NCBI GenBank assembly: GCA_964016885.1
Contig: OZ024741.1
Span: forward strand, 80,228,001-80,292,000
DNA length: 64,000 nt
Reading direction: 5' to 3'
Source: Eledone cirrhosa
Lineage: Eukaryota
Shown here: positions 28,015 to 41,068 of the stretch, in pieces
How positions within the stretch are numbered: the stretch's first letter is position 1
Layout of the letters: the number at the start of each line of letters is the position of its first letter
Translations under genes and position numbers: made by a program
The notes under the pieces: generated by a model
What the model saw: the letters and a program-made list of their open reading frames with translations, nothing else
Told to the model about the DNA's origin: nothing
Database searches by the model: none

Positions 28015-28689
28015 AATTTAGCATCTTTGAATATATATTATTTAGTATCTAATTTAATTTAACACAATCAATTTTTGTTTTTGTTTTGATTTTTTTTTTA
28101 CTAATCCGGTATCATCATACTCTTGCCATTTCAAATACATCAATACCAACTGTAATATTTCTCCCACTCATATATCTTCTGTATTGAGGATGTTTTTTTC
28201 CATCTCATATGCTTGCCGGGTACGGATCTGAACAGCTCGTCTGATGCCTGCATATCAAATGATTTCTACATCTCCTGTGGATTTTATCTGAAGACATGTT
28301 TTGGCTTATTTTATACATAAGCCTTGTCTCTTCAAAATAGGTATAATAAAATAAATTGAGAGAATATGCTCCGAACCTGCGGGTCAATAATCAGACAGAT
28401 CCACACAATGATCGCGTCTCGAGCTGTCCGCCGGGGAAACAATTGTAACACACAATAAATTGAGTTCAGATGCATCACTGATTTTTCGTTTTCTATTCTA
28501 TCATACTCTGCTCTGTAAGAGCATAGAGTGCTCAACCGGCATACCGCCTATGGAAGCATCTTAGCTACCATCAGACACACACATATATATATATATATAT
28601 ATGTACTTCCAACTATCCTAACTCCCCCACCCCACCCCATCAACACCACCCCTTTCTCTGTAAAGTTATGTTGGTACCACAGCATCCAG

Positions 28690-28961
28690 TCCTAAATAAA
28701 TGAGGTTGCGTAGGTGTCACGACAAAAAAAACACACAGTCCACGCTGTAATGTGGCCGTGTAGGTAACACGGTAAAAACCTCCCAGTCCACACTGTAAAC
28801 GTGGTTGGTGTTAGGAAGGGCATCCAGTCGTAGAAAACCTGCCAGACAGTCCTATACGAGCGAGATGACCAATCTTGCCTCAAGTGGGACAATTCCCGTC
28901 TAAACCCATGCTAGCGTAGAAGATAGACGTTAAATGATGATGATGATGATGATAATGATGA

Positions 28962-28965
<4 letters not shown>
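28690..28965 (+). mobile_element. SINE 3' half with RTE-like tail
   Basis: GGTGTTAGGAAGGGCATCCAG...CCCATGCTAGCGTAGAAGATAGACGTTAAATGATGATG; copies at 35450-35650 (+) and 44485-44790 (-). Confidence 0.75.
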
Positions 28966-29013
<48 letters not shown>

Positions 29014-29209
29014 GATAACAAAATATCGTTATAGGTAATCCAGTTAGAGGTTGTGAATACTTCGTATTATGGATAGTTTTTCAACAAGGGTCTTAAGTAG
29101 GTGACGAGTTTATGAGTTCTCTTGCATTCCTATGTAAATTTATCTTGGAGTAATAATATTGAAAGAGTGAAGAATAACATGGTCAACAGTACAAAAAAGG
29201 GTTTTATTT

Positions 29210-29323
29210 ACAGTCTAACAATTGTTTCACTGATTAAGTTGTCTAAAAATTGGTGAACACTTAGAGCTGTGTCACTCAATTTTAAATACGTTGTTAGCTT
29301 AACCAGATCATCAGAGAAACTGT
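29210..29323 (-). ncRNA. Type I hammerhead ribozyme in the Penelope terminal repeat (intact core)
   Basis: Reverse complement reads ACAGUUUCU-CUGAUGA-UCUGGUUAAG..(long stem II)..CUUAAUCAGU-GAAAC-AAUU-GUU^-AGACUGU. Confidence 0.82.
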
Positions 29324-29380
29324 TAAAATATGTTCAGTTTTTACGAATTCAAATTACAACATCATCAATAATATTAATAA

Positions 29381-30011
29381 CTAGCAGTGGTACAAGGCGT
29401 TGCACGAGATAAGGTAATTTGGAACGCGGGCCACCAATAGACCTAATCATGGAAAAACTGCATGCCTGGACAATATGTAAAGAAAATAAACCGAATACTC
29501 TGATAATCTTTTAGATTTTCTTCGATGAAGCATGAAAAATGCAGGTTTTCACCTAATGCGGACCCTAAGGGATCAAGAAAATGAATTTTTTTTATGTGCA
29601 TAATATGCCTTGAAATTTAAGGAAAATCGGCTAGACGTAACGCCTCAAAAAAGCCCTAAAAAGCTGAAAAAATGAAGTTTTTCACCTAATGCGGGACCTA
29701 GGCCATAAAAAAGTTGGATTTTCTTTGTTCATGGTATGAAGAAGAGACTGACTGATTCATAGTTACAATTTCAAGGATATCGGTCTGACGTAACGCCTCA
29801 AAAAACCCATAAAAAGCTAAAAAAAAACGCAGTTTTTCACCTAATGCGGGCCCTAGGGGATCAAAAAGTATAATTTTCTATGTGCATAACACTCCCTGAA
29901 ACAACTAATAGACATGTAAAGTTTGAAAAATATCGCTTGGGTACTTCTCGAGTTTTAGGGATTCAAACTCACACACATACACACAGACATCCTCAGTTTT
30001 ATATATATAGA
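29381..30011 (-). mobile_element. Non-autonomous Helitron
   Basis: Reverse complement begins TCTATATATATAAAACTG and ends CTCGTGCAACGCCTTGTACCACTGCTAG|T; internal imperfect repeats of about 140-150 bp. Confidence 0.85.
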
Positions 30012-30164
30012 CTAGCAGAAAACCACCTCCATGGGCGGTTTTCTGCTAGCAAATCTAATTTCTGTGTGTAATATATATATATATATACACACAGAAATAT
30101 ATATACATTTCTGTGTGTGTAATATATATATATATATACGCACACGGAAATATATATATATTTC

Positions 30165-30205
<41 letters not shown>

Positions 30206-30256
30206 CACACACAGAAATGTATATATATTACACACAGAGAAATGTATATATATTTC

Positions 30257-30301
<45 letters not shown>

Positions 30302-30701
30302 CACACACAGAAATGTATATATATTTCTGTGTGTATATATATATATTTCTGTGTGTGTATATATATATATATATTACACACACACACAAAAATGTATATA
30401 TGTTTCTGTAGCACTCCTCAATTCCCCCTCTCTCCCTCCCGCTATCCCCCTCTTGTAGTCTGTCTCTTTCTTTCACTCTCACTCTCTCTCTCTACGCGTG
30501 CGCAAAAACATTCGCACGCGCGCACGTGTTTTAGCGTCTATTCACTCTCTCTCTCTCCCTCCCGCTATCCCCCTCTCGTAGTCTGTCTCTTTCTTTCACA
30601 CTCACTCTCTCTCTACGCGTGCGCAAAAAACATTAGCACGCGCGCACATGTTTCCACTGTCGGACAGACAGAGAAATTGCTGGTTATATATTATAAGGAG
30701 A
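30012..30701 (-). mobile_element. Second non-autonomous Helitron, head-to-tail with 29381-30011
   Basis: Reverse complement runs A|TCTCCTTATAATATATAA... to terminal hairpin CTAGCAGAAAACC/GGTTTTCTGCTAG. Removing both Helitrons restores the Penelope arm at an A|T site. Confidence 0.75.
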
Positions 30702-31298
30702 TAAAAATAGAGAGAGAAAACAAGAAAGGGAGATAGAGAGAAAAAAGAAAGAAAAAGGAGAAAGGAAGAAAGAGAAAGATATAGAGAAAAAAGATAGAGA
30801 GAAAAGAGGATAGAAAGAGAAGAGAAGAGGATAAAGAAAAAATAAAAGGTAAAGAAAAAGAAAAATAAAGGGAAAAATAATATCAACAATAAATTAATAG
30901 ATGCTAATAAATAAGTTACATCGAGGATGATACAAAACAATATAAAATATGAAAATAAATAAATAAAAAATGTTTATATGTGCGAAGAAAAGTAAACATA
31001 GTATGATTATTGAGAGTAGTTGTGGTGTTGGTTGATACGAAGGTATAAACATGAAAATGTTAAATATATTCATGTGTGTATTGGTTATTTTAATAAATTA
31101 ATTAGATAATTAATTAATTATTTGATTAATTAATTGTAAGTTATATTAGAAGTGAAAATAATACGATAAGATATAATGTAAGGGATGAAATAAATTTAGG
31201 GAGAGAAATAGACAGATAGAAAATGAAAGAGAGAAAATATAAAATATAAAATATAAAATATAAAAGGTTATGATGTTGGTTCATTGACAGATGATGAC

Positions 31299-31360
<62 letters not shown>

Positions 31361-31421
31361 TAATGGGTTATTATAATAGATCTAAGTGGTACAAATTGAG
31401 TTATGGAATAGATGGGATGAA

Positions 31422-32140
31422 TTAAGTTGGTCTAAAATTATCGAATTTGGTCTCCGTTTTATGCCTACAGAAAATAGTTCTTTCAATTTTGCGGTTAAGT
31501 AGCATTTTGTTATATTTTAAAATTTGGAATAGCTCCATATTACAAAGACCACAGTGGGACATGCCAATTCTATAGGCTATTGCCATTGATAACTTCATCC
31601 AGCTAATTCTGTATTCCTGGTTTGCATCTTTGAGCTGCCAGATTTTATTGGCGAGCGTTGTTGTATTCATAAGCTTCCTGTTATTTATAGAGTGTCTGTG
31701 GGCATACCACCTTTTCTTGAACTCCCCCGCTGTCGAACCTATGTAGTGCCATGCTAAGTTGCCTGAATTTATAGTACATAGGTACACTATATTTGACTCC
31801 AGGCATCTATTTTGTAATAGGCATTTATCAGGTAGATGACAGTTACATTTTGATGCTTTCCTATGTGCTGGTTCCACGATACGGTTTTGTATGTTGTTAT
31901 GCATGGGCTGAGAATTGGGTTTGTTGATGTATTGTCGTGATGTGTTCTGACGTGTGTTTGGTTGTGATGATGTTATGTGTTTGCGTTTTATATTTGGTGT
32001 TATGGTACTTGTTTGCGGGCTACTTGTATTAGAAATTGTCTTATAGTTAATTTTATGTATGTGCGATTCTATGTTGTTGGCAGTGGAGTAAGATAGTTTG
32101 ATAGTATTTCTATTAAAGATTTGATGGTATTTGAATTTGC
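31422..32140 (-). pseudogene. Penelope GIY-YIG endonuclease region (inverted copy, open frame)
   Basis: IFNRNTIKLSYST...CNC..CLLQNRCLESNIVYLCTI..HYIGSTAGEFKKRWYAH..TTLANKIWQLK..CGLCNME..LLNRKIE..CRHK. Confidence 0.9.
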
Positions 32141-32144
32141 CCCC

Positions 32145-33420
32145 ATGAACATGATAAAAGAAACTAAATTCAAAAAACGAACGCATCACAATAAGCTGCA
32201 AAATAACATCAATGCACTACTAAAAAAATTGCGTAACACCAACGGTATTATAGTAAAAGCAGACAAAACTTCAAACGTATACACCATGAGCCTTAATACA
32301 TACAACAACTTTATACGCCGAGAATTACATAACAAATTCACGAAAACTACAGAGTCTACACTCAATAACATTAACAAGGAAGGACTTAACATAGCAAAAA
32401 AACTTAAAATATCTGATAGAACCGAATCTCTAACCCCTTGTAAACCCACTTTTAATCTGAAGGATCGTAAATGCAACTTCGAAACTGGCCCTACTATTAG
32501 ATTAATATGCCCATCAAAATCTGATATAGGCAACATTAGCAAGTACATACTAGATAGAATACTACCACAAATTAAAGAAAAACTAATAATTAAGCTCTGG
32601 GGTAACACTAATGAAGCAATAGATTGGTTTAGCAAATTAGACAATAAAGAATCTTCCGACTTCATACAATTTGACAGCAATGACTACTACTCTTCTATTT
32701 CCCGAGTAACCCTAAATAAGGCACTAACCTTTGCACAAAAAACTCTGACCTATCACCAGATGAAATTAAAATGATACTAGCTGCTAGAAGAACAATCATT
32801 AGGTTCGATAATAGTTACTGTGAAAGAAAAAATAGACAAAATAACTTTGATATCACTATGGGATCGAACGATTCACCTCAAGTAACGGACATTGTCGGAA
32901 TATATATAGCACATATCTTGCATAACGAATTTGATAACCTACAGGGAGGAATTTATAGAGACGATACATTACTTTTAGCTAAAACCCTAAATAATCAAAA
33001 CTTAGAAAGATTACGGAAAAAGATTAGAACATTCTTCAATAAATTAGGCCTTAGCATCACTTTTGAACTCACTCTAAAAAAGCTAACTTCTTAGATGTAT
33101 CACTTAACCTAAACACAGGACTAATAGAACCCTTCTATAAAATTAATGAAAATCTAGCTTACATTAATTATAACTCTAATCACCCTCGCTCTATAATTAA
33201 CTCCATAGCACATAGTATATCCCTTAGAATCTCGCGCTTATCTTCTAATCTAGAGATTTTTAACGAACACGCTAACTACTACAACATAGCTTTACTTAAG
33301 GCAGCTCATAAAGGGAGCCTCAAATACATACCCGATACAAAAAATAACAACACACTATCCACACCTATAGAAGCAACAAATCTAGGACTAAACATAGAAA
33401 TTGGCAACAAACACCAGAAT
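32145..33420 (+). pseudogene. Penelope reverse transcriptase (frameshifted)
   Basis: VKADKTSNVY, IRLICPSKSDIG, FIQFDSNDYYSSI, FDITMGSNDS, GGIYRDDTLL, NFLDVSLNL and YINYNSNHP. Confidence 0.92.
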
Positions 33421-33602
33421 TAATTGAACCGAATACTAATATAAGGACCACCAGAAACTATAGAAGATGTAGAGATAGAAAATACTTATGGTTCAATGCA
33501 ATATTTAACTCCTCTATAAAAACAAAACACATAACATCATCACAACCAAACACACGTCAGAACACATCACGACAATACATCAACAAACCCAATTCTCAGC
33601 CC

Positions 33603-34083
33603 ATGCATAACAACATACGAAACCGTATTGTGGAACCGGCACATAGGGAAGCATCAAAATGTAACTGTCATCTACCTGATAAATGCCCATTACAAAATAG
33701 ATGCCTGGAGTCAAATATAGTGTACCTATGTACTATAAATTCAGGCAACTTAGCATGGCACTACATAGGTTCGACAGAAGGGGAGTTCAAGAAAAGGTGG
33801 TATGTCCACAGACACTATAAATAACAGGAAGCTTATGAATACAACAACGCTCGCCAATAAAATCTGGCAGCTCAAAGATGCAAACCAGGAATACAGAATT
33901 AGCTGGATGAAGTTATCAATGGCAATAGCCTATAGAATTGGCATGTCCCACTGTGGTCTTTGTAATATGGAGCTATTCCAAATTTTAAAATACAACAAAA
34001 TGCTACTTAACCGCAAAATTGAAAGAACTATTTTCTGTAGGCATAAAACGGAGACCAAATTCGATAATTTTAGACCAACTTAA
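33603..34083 (+). pseudogene. Penelope GIY-YIG endonuclease (frameshift at about 33815)
   Basis: NIVYLCTI...HYIGSTEGEFKKRWY; near-identical to the inverted copy. Confidence 0.9.
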
Positions 34084-34813
34084 TTCATCCCATCTATTCC
34101 ATAACTCAATTTGTACCACTTAGATCTATTATAATAACCCATTATCATCATCATTATTATTATTATTATTATTGTCATCATCTGTCAATGAACCAACATC
34201 ATAACCTTTTATATTTTATATTTTCTCTCTTTTACTTTCTATCTTTCTATTTCTCTCCCTAAATTTATTTCATCCCTTATATTATATCTTATCGTATTAT
34301 TTTCACTTCTAATATAACTTACAATTAATTAATCAAATAATTAATTAATTATCTAATTAATTTATTAAAATAACCAATACACACATGAATATATTTAACA
34401 TTTTCATGTTTATACCTTCGTATCAACCAACACCACAACTACTCTCAATAATCATACTATGTTTACTTTTCTTCGCACATATAAACATTTTTTATTTATT
34501 TATTTTCATATTTTATATTGTTTTGTATCATCCTCGATGTAACTTATTTATTAGCATTTATTCATTTATTGTTGATATTATTATTTTTCCCTTTATTTTT
34601 ATTTTTATTTACCTTTTATTTTTTCTTTATCCTTTTCTCTTCTCTTTCTATCCTCTTTTCTCTCTATCTTTTTTCTCTATATCTTTCTCTTTCTTCCTTT
34701 CTCCTTTTTCTTTCTTTTTTCTTTCTATCTGTCTTTCTTTTTTTCTCTCTCTATCTTTATTATTAATATTATTGATGATGTAATTTAAATTCGTAAAAAC
34801 TGAACATATTTTA

Positions 34814-34927
34814 ACAGTTTCTCCGATGATTTTGTTAAGCTAGCAACGTATTTAAAATTGAGTGACACAGCTCCAAGTGTTCACCAATTTTTAGACAACT
34901 TAATCAGTGAAACAATTGTTAGACTGT
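34814..34927 (+). ncRNA. Hammerhead ribozyme in the right Penelope terminal repeat (core mutated to CCGAUGA)
   Basis: Homologous to 29210-29323; the U-to-C core change probably impairs cleavage. Confidence 0.7.
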
Positions 34928-34991
34928 AAATAAAACCCTTTTTTTGTACTGTTGACCATGTTATTCTTCACTCTTTCAATAGATATATATG

Positions 34992-35058
<67 letters not shown>

Positions 35059-35062
<4 letters not shown>

Positions 35063-35236
35063 GTGGTTACACAACAGTTAGTTCACCATACCGAGAACAA
35101 TTGTTTCACCTTAGCGGATCCTCAGCTCGTAATCCCTTGGTATGGTGAACTAACTGTTGTGTAACCACTTCTACCTAACTCGTCCCATGGACTGAGTGCT
35201 CTACCACTACGGATATTACCTTCCAGTGTTCTACCA

Positions 35237-35240
<4 letters not shown>
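35059..35240. mobile_element. Fold-back mini-element family H3 in (TA)n; hammerhead on the minus strand at 35092-35129
   Basis: Reverse complement reads CGAG-CUGAGGA-UCCGCUAAGGU-GAAAC-AAUU-GUU^-CUCG, inside an inverted repeat of about 34 bp. A second copy is at 56211-56421. Confidence 0.85.
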
Positions 35241-35286
<46 letters not shown>

Positions 35287-36224
35287 AATGTGTGATCGGA
35301 TGTCTTTCCATTGTCCTAGCTAGAGAATTTCTGGGTGTCTAGAGAAATTGAACCATGTATCTATTGCATACCAAACAACCACATAGACCATTATACTAAA
35401 ATGAATTGACAGTCAAATTTAGCCTATTTAACCCTTTAGCATTTATATTATGTAGGTAACACGGTAAAAATCTTCCAGTCCACACTGTAAATGTGGTTGA
35501 TGTTAGGGCATCCAGCTGTAGAAAACCTGCCAGATAGTCCTATATGAGCGAGACACGGTCACTCGACCAATCTTGCCTTAAGTGGGACAACTCCCGTCTA
35601 ACCCATACTAGCGTGGAAAATGGACGTTAAACGAAGATGATGATGATGATGATTACTTTATATTTACTATTGTATTTTCACAGTAAACACTTTATTTCAC
35701 ATAATATCACACATAATATCAAATCTATGAGATTTTGATATTATTTATTTTGAGAACAATACCTTAACATCAGTATGAGCAGCTGGTTACAGCTGGTTTG
35801 AACAGAAAGAGGTGAGAGAATTCTGGCTGGATACAGCCAGTTTAAATGCTAAAGAGTTAAATGTCTAACTGGACAAACCACATCAGTTTGCTTCCACTGG
35901 TAAGGGAGCAGTAACATATAGAGCATCATGTGTAAAGCAATATATGGGGATTTTCTATGTACCCCCAAAATACAGGGCATTCAATATATAGCCAAAAAAT
36001 GCAACATTCTATATGGAGCAAAATATAGGGAATTATAAGCAGAGCAAAATATAGGGTATTCTGTATATCTTATCTTTTCTAAGATATAGAAATAACATAA
36101 ATTATATAGATAAAGATATGAGGCATATGGCAGGTCTTGGGAATTTTTAACCTGGTGGAACCCATCCTTCTCTAGGTTTGACCTGCACTGATTTCATCAA
36201 GAGAGAGAGAGTGAGGGGGGAGAA

Positions 36225-36385
36225 GAATCAACTCCAGTACTGGAGTTGTACTTTATTTATCAACCCTGAAGCAATAAAAAGCAAAGCTGACATCAGTAGG
36301 ATTTGAACTCAGAAATCAGAGAGATGGAACAAATACCACAAGGCTTTATATGACACTCGAATAACTCAGACAATTTGCTACTTGG
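36225..36385 (-). mobile_element. Diverged SINE family A
   Basis: GGATTTGAACTCAGAA (B box, reverse complement) and GTACTTTATTTATCAACCC. Confidence 0.6.
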
Positions 36386-37099
36386 AGGTCATTGTAAAAA
36401 GCAAAATAGTATATTACATATACCTCAATATAAGACAATATAAAACAATAATCCACATATATAATTCAACCTATGAGGACATTTTCAGCAGTTTAGGATG
36501 TTTCATTGTCATTTAACTCATGAGATAACACGATGATTAAGCAAAAAATGTCTAAAAAGAGGTTTGCCAATTTAAATGTTTATAGTATCTTCACTGTCGG
36601 ACAGAAAATTGCTGTTAAAATTTGAAATATTAGAGGAAAGAGTTTAATTTTTGATGTGATGTAATCAGAATGTTTTGCTAATAATGAGGTTTCATGTGGT
36701 TCAGGATATTAAGAGTTAACAATCCATTAGAATCTGCTTATCACTGCTTCCCAAACTGCCTAATGGCAGAAGTAGAAAAATCATAACCATCATCATCATC
36801 ATTTAACACCAATTCTCCCTGCTAGCATGTGTCATTTACATAATTGTTGAAGGACAGTAGAACATACTTGCATAAGGTGCCACACAGTTGGCAAAATCAA
36901 TAGAGAATCATGTGAGTAGTTAGAAGTTCCTATCATGTGGTTAGAACTGCAATGTGTCAGTGGTCAAGACACAAGGCTCTAAATAGCTGAGTGTGCACAC
37001 TCAAGCTAGCTCTGATTTAATAAGCATTCGTTACAGATCTGTTGGTTCCCTCTCATCCACATTTGTCTGGTAGTTGATCAGACAACATCAGTTGCACCA

Positions 37100-37292
37100 A
37101 TCACACAGGCGAGGGAGTTGTACTGGCAAAGGTCTTTAGCACTACGTAGCACTGCCCAGCTGTACAAACCACACCAACCAGGGAGTGGTGTTGACAAAGG
37201 TCTTTAGTACTGCATAGCACTACCCAGCTGTACCAACCACACCAGCTAAGGAGTGGTGTTGACAAAGGTCTTTAGTACTGCATAACACTGCC
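37100..37292. repeat. About 60-bp minisatellite, 3 copies
   Basis: GGAGTGGTGTTGACAAAGGTCTTTAGTACTGCATAGCACT unit repeated three times. Confidence 0.85.
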
Positions 37293-38459
37293 TCTCTTTT
37301 GCTGTTCAATTTATAAAAGAAGAAAGTAGGTATCCAGACAGAAGTAGTGACTTACCTTAAAGCTATGGGAAACAGAATTAAACATAGATTTTTTAACAGA
37401 TAATTCAAGAAGAGATTAGACTGAATTGTTTTCTGGTATTATTTCTGCCAGGAGTGGATAGTATCAGTAATGGAAATACCAATATAAACATTGTTTCCTC
37501 AAATCCAATCTGACAATCGGTTCCTTCCCCATTTAGCTAATTAATACCCTTCAGAAAAGTTTAAACAACTCAAAATGATTTTTTTTAGCTATGCCCCAAA
37601 CAAATGCCCTCCAGAAAATTTTGATTATCTCATATTCTTTTTAGCTATCTCCCAAACTAAAGACTTAATTAGTTAAATACCATGACCTAATAAATGAGTG
37701 CTTTTAACTAAGTAAACTATGTTGCAAGCTTCCAAAGTTTATTTTCTTGGTTCTTTCCCTGTTCACACCAATGATCTGCAGATACTGATGCTAGGCATCA
37801 TCTGCATTGATCTCACTCATCTGGATAAGCTAACAAAAGTCATGAACATTATTCCACCTACTCTAACTAAAATATACTTTGAAATGTTTTCTCAAATAAG
37901 CCTTTAAAATGCTCTTCATAAAGGTGTGAGCATCTTGAACATTTTGAAGCTATGTCCTTAACTGAATCTCTTCATAATCATTTCATAATCTTTTTAGTTA
38001 TGTCTCCAACTAAAACACATCAGAAAATCTCATAATCTTTTTAGTTATGTTCTTAATTAATGACTGCCACCTGGATTAACACCATCAGCTGGAGCCAACA
38101 AAGGAAGCACTAAGCCCAACTAACTAGATACTCTAGTCTACTCACATACACACATGAGTGCACATACACACACACACATATATATATATATTATACACAT
38201 ACATTTGTAAGCAAATCTATGCATGTGCCAGCACACATACACACACACACATACATCACAAGATAAAAGGAGAAATCATAACTCCAAAGAAACTTCCACC
38301 AAAACCTTTTTTTAGTAATATTTATCTATTACATCGTCCTGAAACCTCTTCTTTGACAAATGTAAACCCCACTTCCCAAAGGAACCCTTTCAATCATGTT
38401 TATATCTATATTGGTATTTTTACTTATTTCTCTTCATTCTTTTATTCTTGTTTTTATCT

Positions 38460-40260
38460 GCAGACCCTAAATAGAGCATGCTCACTTCATTTCTCTCTAG
38501 CCTTCACATATCCTCTGCATTCATTACTACCATGCAATATCACACTTCACACACAGGCATCATACAGCCAATTTTCATTCCTAGAGAGAAACCTTTTGTT
38601 GTCAACAGAGGTAGTAGCTCCTTGAACTTTTCCTATCCTGTTCTCATCCAAGCTACTATGCTCTCAGTGCAACCTCCTCCATTACTAATTAGGTTTTGAT
38701 TAAGCTATTAACCACTTCTATGGATCCTTCCTAAGATTGAAAAAGATGTATTTTACTGATGCTCTAACTACTAACCAGTTCTGTGCATCTACTGTACACA
38801 AAGTCTACCTTTTCAGTTAGTCTGCCTGTCATTTCACTATACCTTGTGTACCCAATATCTATAGTGTGTACATCATATAGGGCCACTTCCCTGGTGGGAT
38901 TAGTGCCTAGTCTTCTTTCCTATGAACCAAAAGTTTAGTTTTTTCCTAAGCCATTTTTCTCTAAGTCCTTTCCATTCAAAGTTATATTTCTAAAGCTGGA
39001 ATTTCTTCTATAGCTCTTCCACAGATTTGCCTATAAGAATCAGGTCATCAGTATACAGAAGTTCCTATATACAGCCAGCCTTAAACTTCTTTGTTATGGC
39101 CTGGAGAACAATGATAAACAAGAGTGGACTAAAGACTGAGCCCTGATGAATATCCACCTGCATATTGAATTCTTCACTAAGCACATTACCTACTCTCACT
39201 TTACTGACAGCTTCACTATATATGGCTTGCTTTGCTCTCACAAGCCACTCTTCTATATCTAGTTTCCTTAAGGACTACCAGATGACAGATTGTGGTACTC
39301 TGTGAAAGATCTCCAGATCAATGAAAGCTATATAAAGTGGCTTGCACTTAGCTAAGAACTTCTCTTGTAGTTATCTCACTAAGAAGAGGGCATCTGTGGT
39401 GTTCCACCCTGACACAAAACCAAACAGCATCTCATCTAATTTTACTATTTCCTTAATTAGTTATGCTAAAACTCTTTCTGTCATTTTCATATCTTGGTCC
39501 ATCAGTTTTATGCCCCTGTAGTTGATCCCTTCCAGCACATCACTTTTTCCATTGTAACAATTAATGAGTATAGTCATTGGGTATTACCCCATTATGTATT
39601 ACCTGATTGATTATGCAGGTAACTAGTTCAACCCCTACTTCCTCAGAAGATTTCAGCAACTATTTTTGATGGACTAGTGGCTTTACCATTTTTCATCTTG
39701 ATTTATATTTTGACCCTATAACTGTCAATTTTGATAGCTGGCCCCGCTGCAGGGTTAACTGAAGATAGTCCCTCTTCCTCCCACTTGTTAGCCATATTCA
39801 CTAATAGCATTTCCAGGCCTCTCACTTTTCCCTAAAATTATCCTGGTTTTCACTCATACACTGCTTTGCGATGCAGAAGACCTTATGCTTTTGATACTCA
39901 TGTCACAAACCACCTGCTTTCAGCCTCTTTGCATGCTATGTATACATGTTGTCTACCTGGTACCCAGTACTAATCTTTGCTGCCCCCACTTTCCAATCTC
40001 TTCACATTTGTCTCTTTTCTTCAACAGCTCCATCTACAGTGCTGTCCCACCACCACATCACCCATTGTCTGGTTGGTGCTTTGCTCCTGCCACAAGTCTC
40101 ATCAATAGCCTGTAGTACGCTGTCTCCTAGAAACTTCAAATACATATGTCATATATGTCTAACTCACCCTCCCTCTTAACATGTGTGTCCCATAGAACGT
40201 TTTTGAATCTATATTTAACAGAGAGGTCCTTTAACTTCCATACTTTCTCCATATCTTCTT
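38460..40260 (-). mobile_element. Degenerate RTE LINE (RT region)
   Basis: Minus-strand HQGSVLSPLLFIIVLQAIT..ELLYTDDLIL, MLFGFVSG and LYIAFIDL; many stops. Confidence 0.8.
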
Positions 40261-40394
40261 GTATTTCTTATTCCGTCTTGTTTATTAATAATTAACTTAT
40301 GTTGTGTGGTACATTCTTCTCCAGGGAAGGACTTAGCATTCATAACCATTTGCCTTATGATACATAACTATTAAATTATAACAGTCATATGTGT

Positions 40395-40429
<35 letters not shown>

Positions 40430-40452
40430 CACATACACACACATATATATAC

Positions 40453-40705
40453 TATCCAGCGAACCTCCAACCGTCAAGGTTGTTCTTCTGCGGGTATGTC
40501 AACATTTATAAAACAAATTTTGTATTTTATCTGATGAAAGCGCACCAAAATTTGCCTTGGTTGCCCTTGAAATATATATAATAAAATAATTATGGTTTTA
40601 TAAATATAATGAATATTTACTCCACTAAACTGTTGAGTGCTTTATATCAGCTATAAAACTTTTAAGTTTGTTGAATTCCAACAAATTAAAGATAACCTTT
40701 CTATA
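40453..40705 (+). mobile_element. Mini-element family H4 between (TA)n arrays; hammerhead at 40523-40588
   Basis: UAUUUUAU-CUGAUGA-AAG..CUU-GAAA-UAUAUA-UA^-AUAAAAUA, followed by a tail containing TGTTGAGTGCTTTATATCAG. Homologous to 45655-45865. Confidence 0.85.
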
Positions 40706-40719
40706 TATATATATATATA

Positions 40720-41055
40720 TCATCATTTTACGTCCGCATTTTCCCTGCTTGCAAGGGTGGGACAGGAACTGATTCTGGCTTGATTTCTACAGCTGGATGC
40801 CCTTCCTAACACCAACCTCATTTACAGTGAGTGCTGGGTGCTTTTTTGCCATGGCGCCTCCACGACCTCTTTGCAGTGGAATGATAGGGACCCCAGTCCC
40901 TATCATCTCATTTCTACAGCTGAGTAAACTGGAGCAATGTGAAATAAAGTGTCTTGCTCACGGAAACAACACATCACCCGGTCTGACTGAGAATTGAACT
41001 CACAACCTTTCGATTGCAAAGCCAATGCTCTAACCACTAAGCCATGTGCCTCCAT
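40720..41055 (-). mobile_element. tRNA-derived SINE family B (MetaSINE-like core, RTE-derived tail)
   Basis: Reverse complement of 52128-52460; A box TGGCTTAGTGG, B box GAGTTCAATTC. Confidence 0.85.
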
Positions 41056-41068
41056 TATATATATTTAG

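Larger units (their letters stand above)
29011..34980. mobile_element. Penelope-like element with inverted 3' arm (minus arm 29011-~32140, plus body ~32141-34980), flanked by (TA)n
   Basis: 30702-31990 is the reverse complement of 33525-34760 and 29158-29380 is the reverse complement of 34757-34980. Contains RT and two GIY-YIG copies, with both 3' ends abutting (TA)n arrays. Confidence 0.93.

Noticed and set aside
28170-28520. Possible additional GIY-YIG relic on the minus strand
   Set aside because: Only a faint NSIYCV-like match; too degenerate to support.
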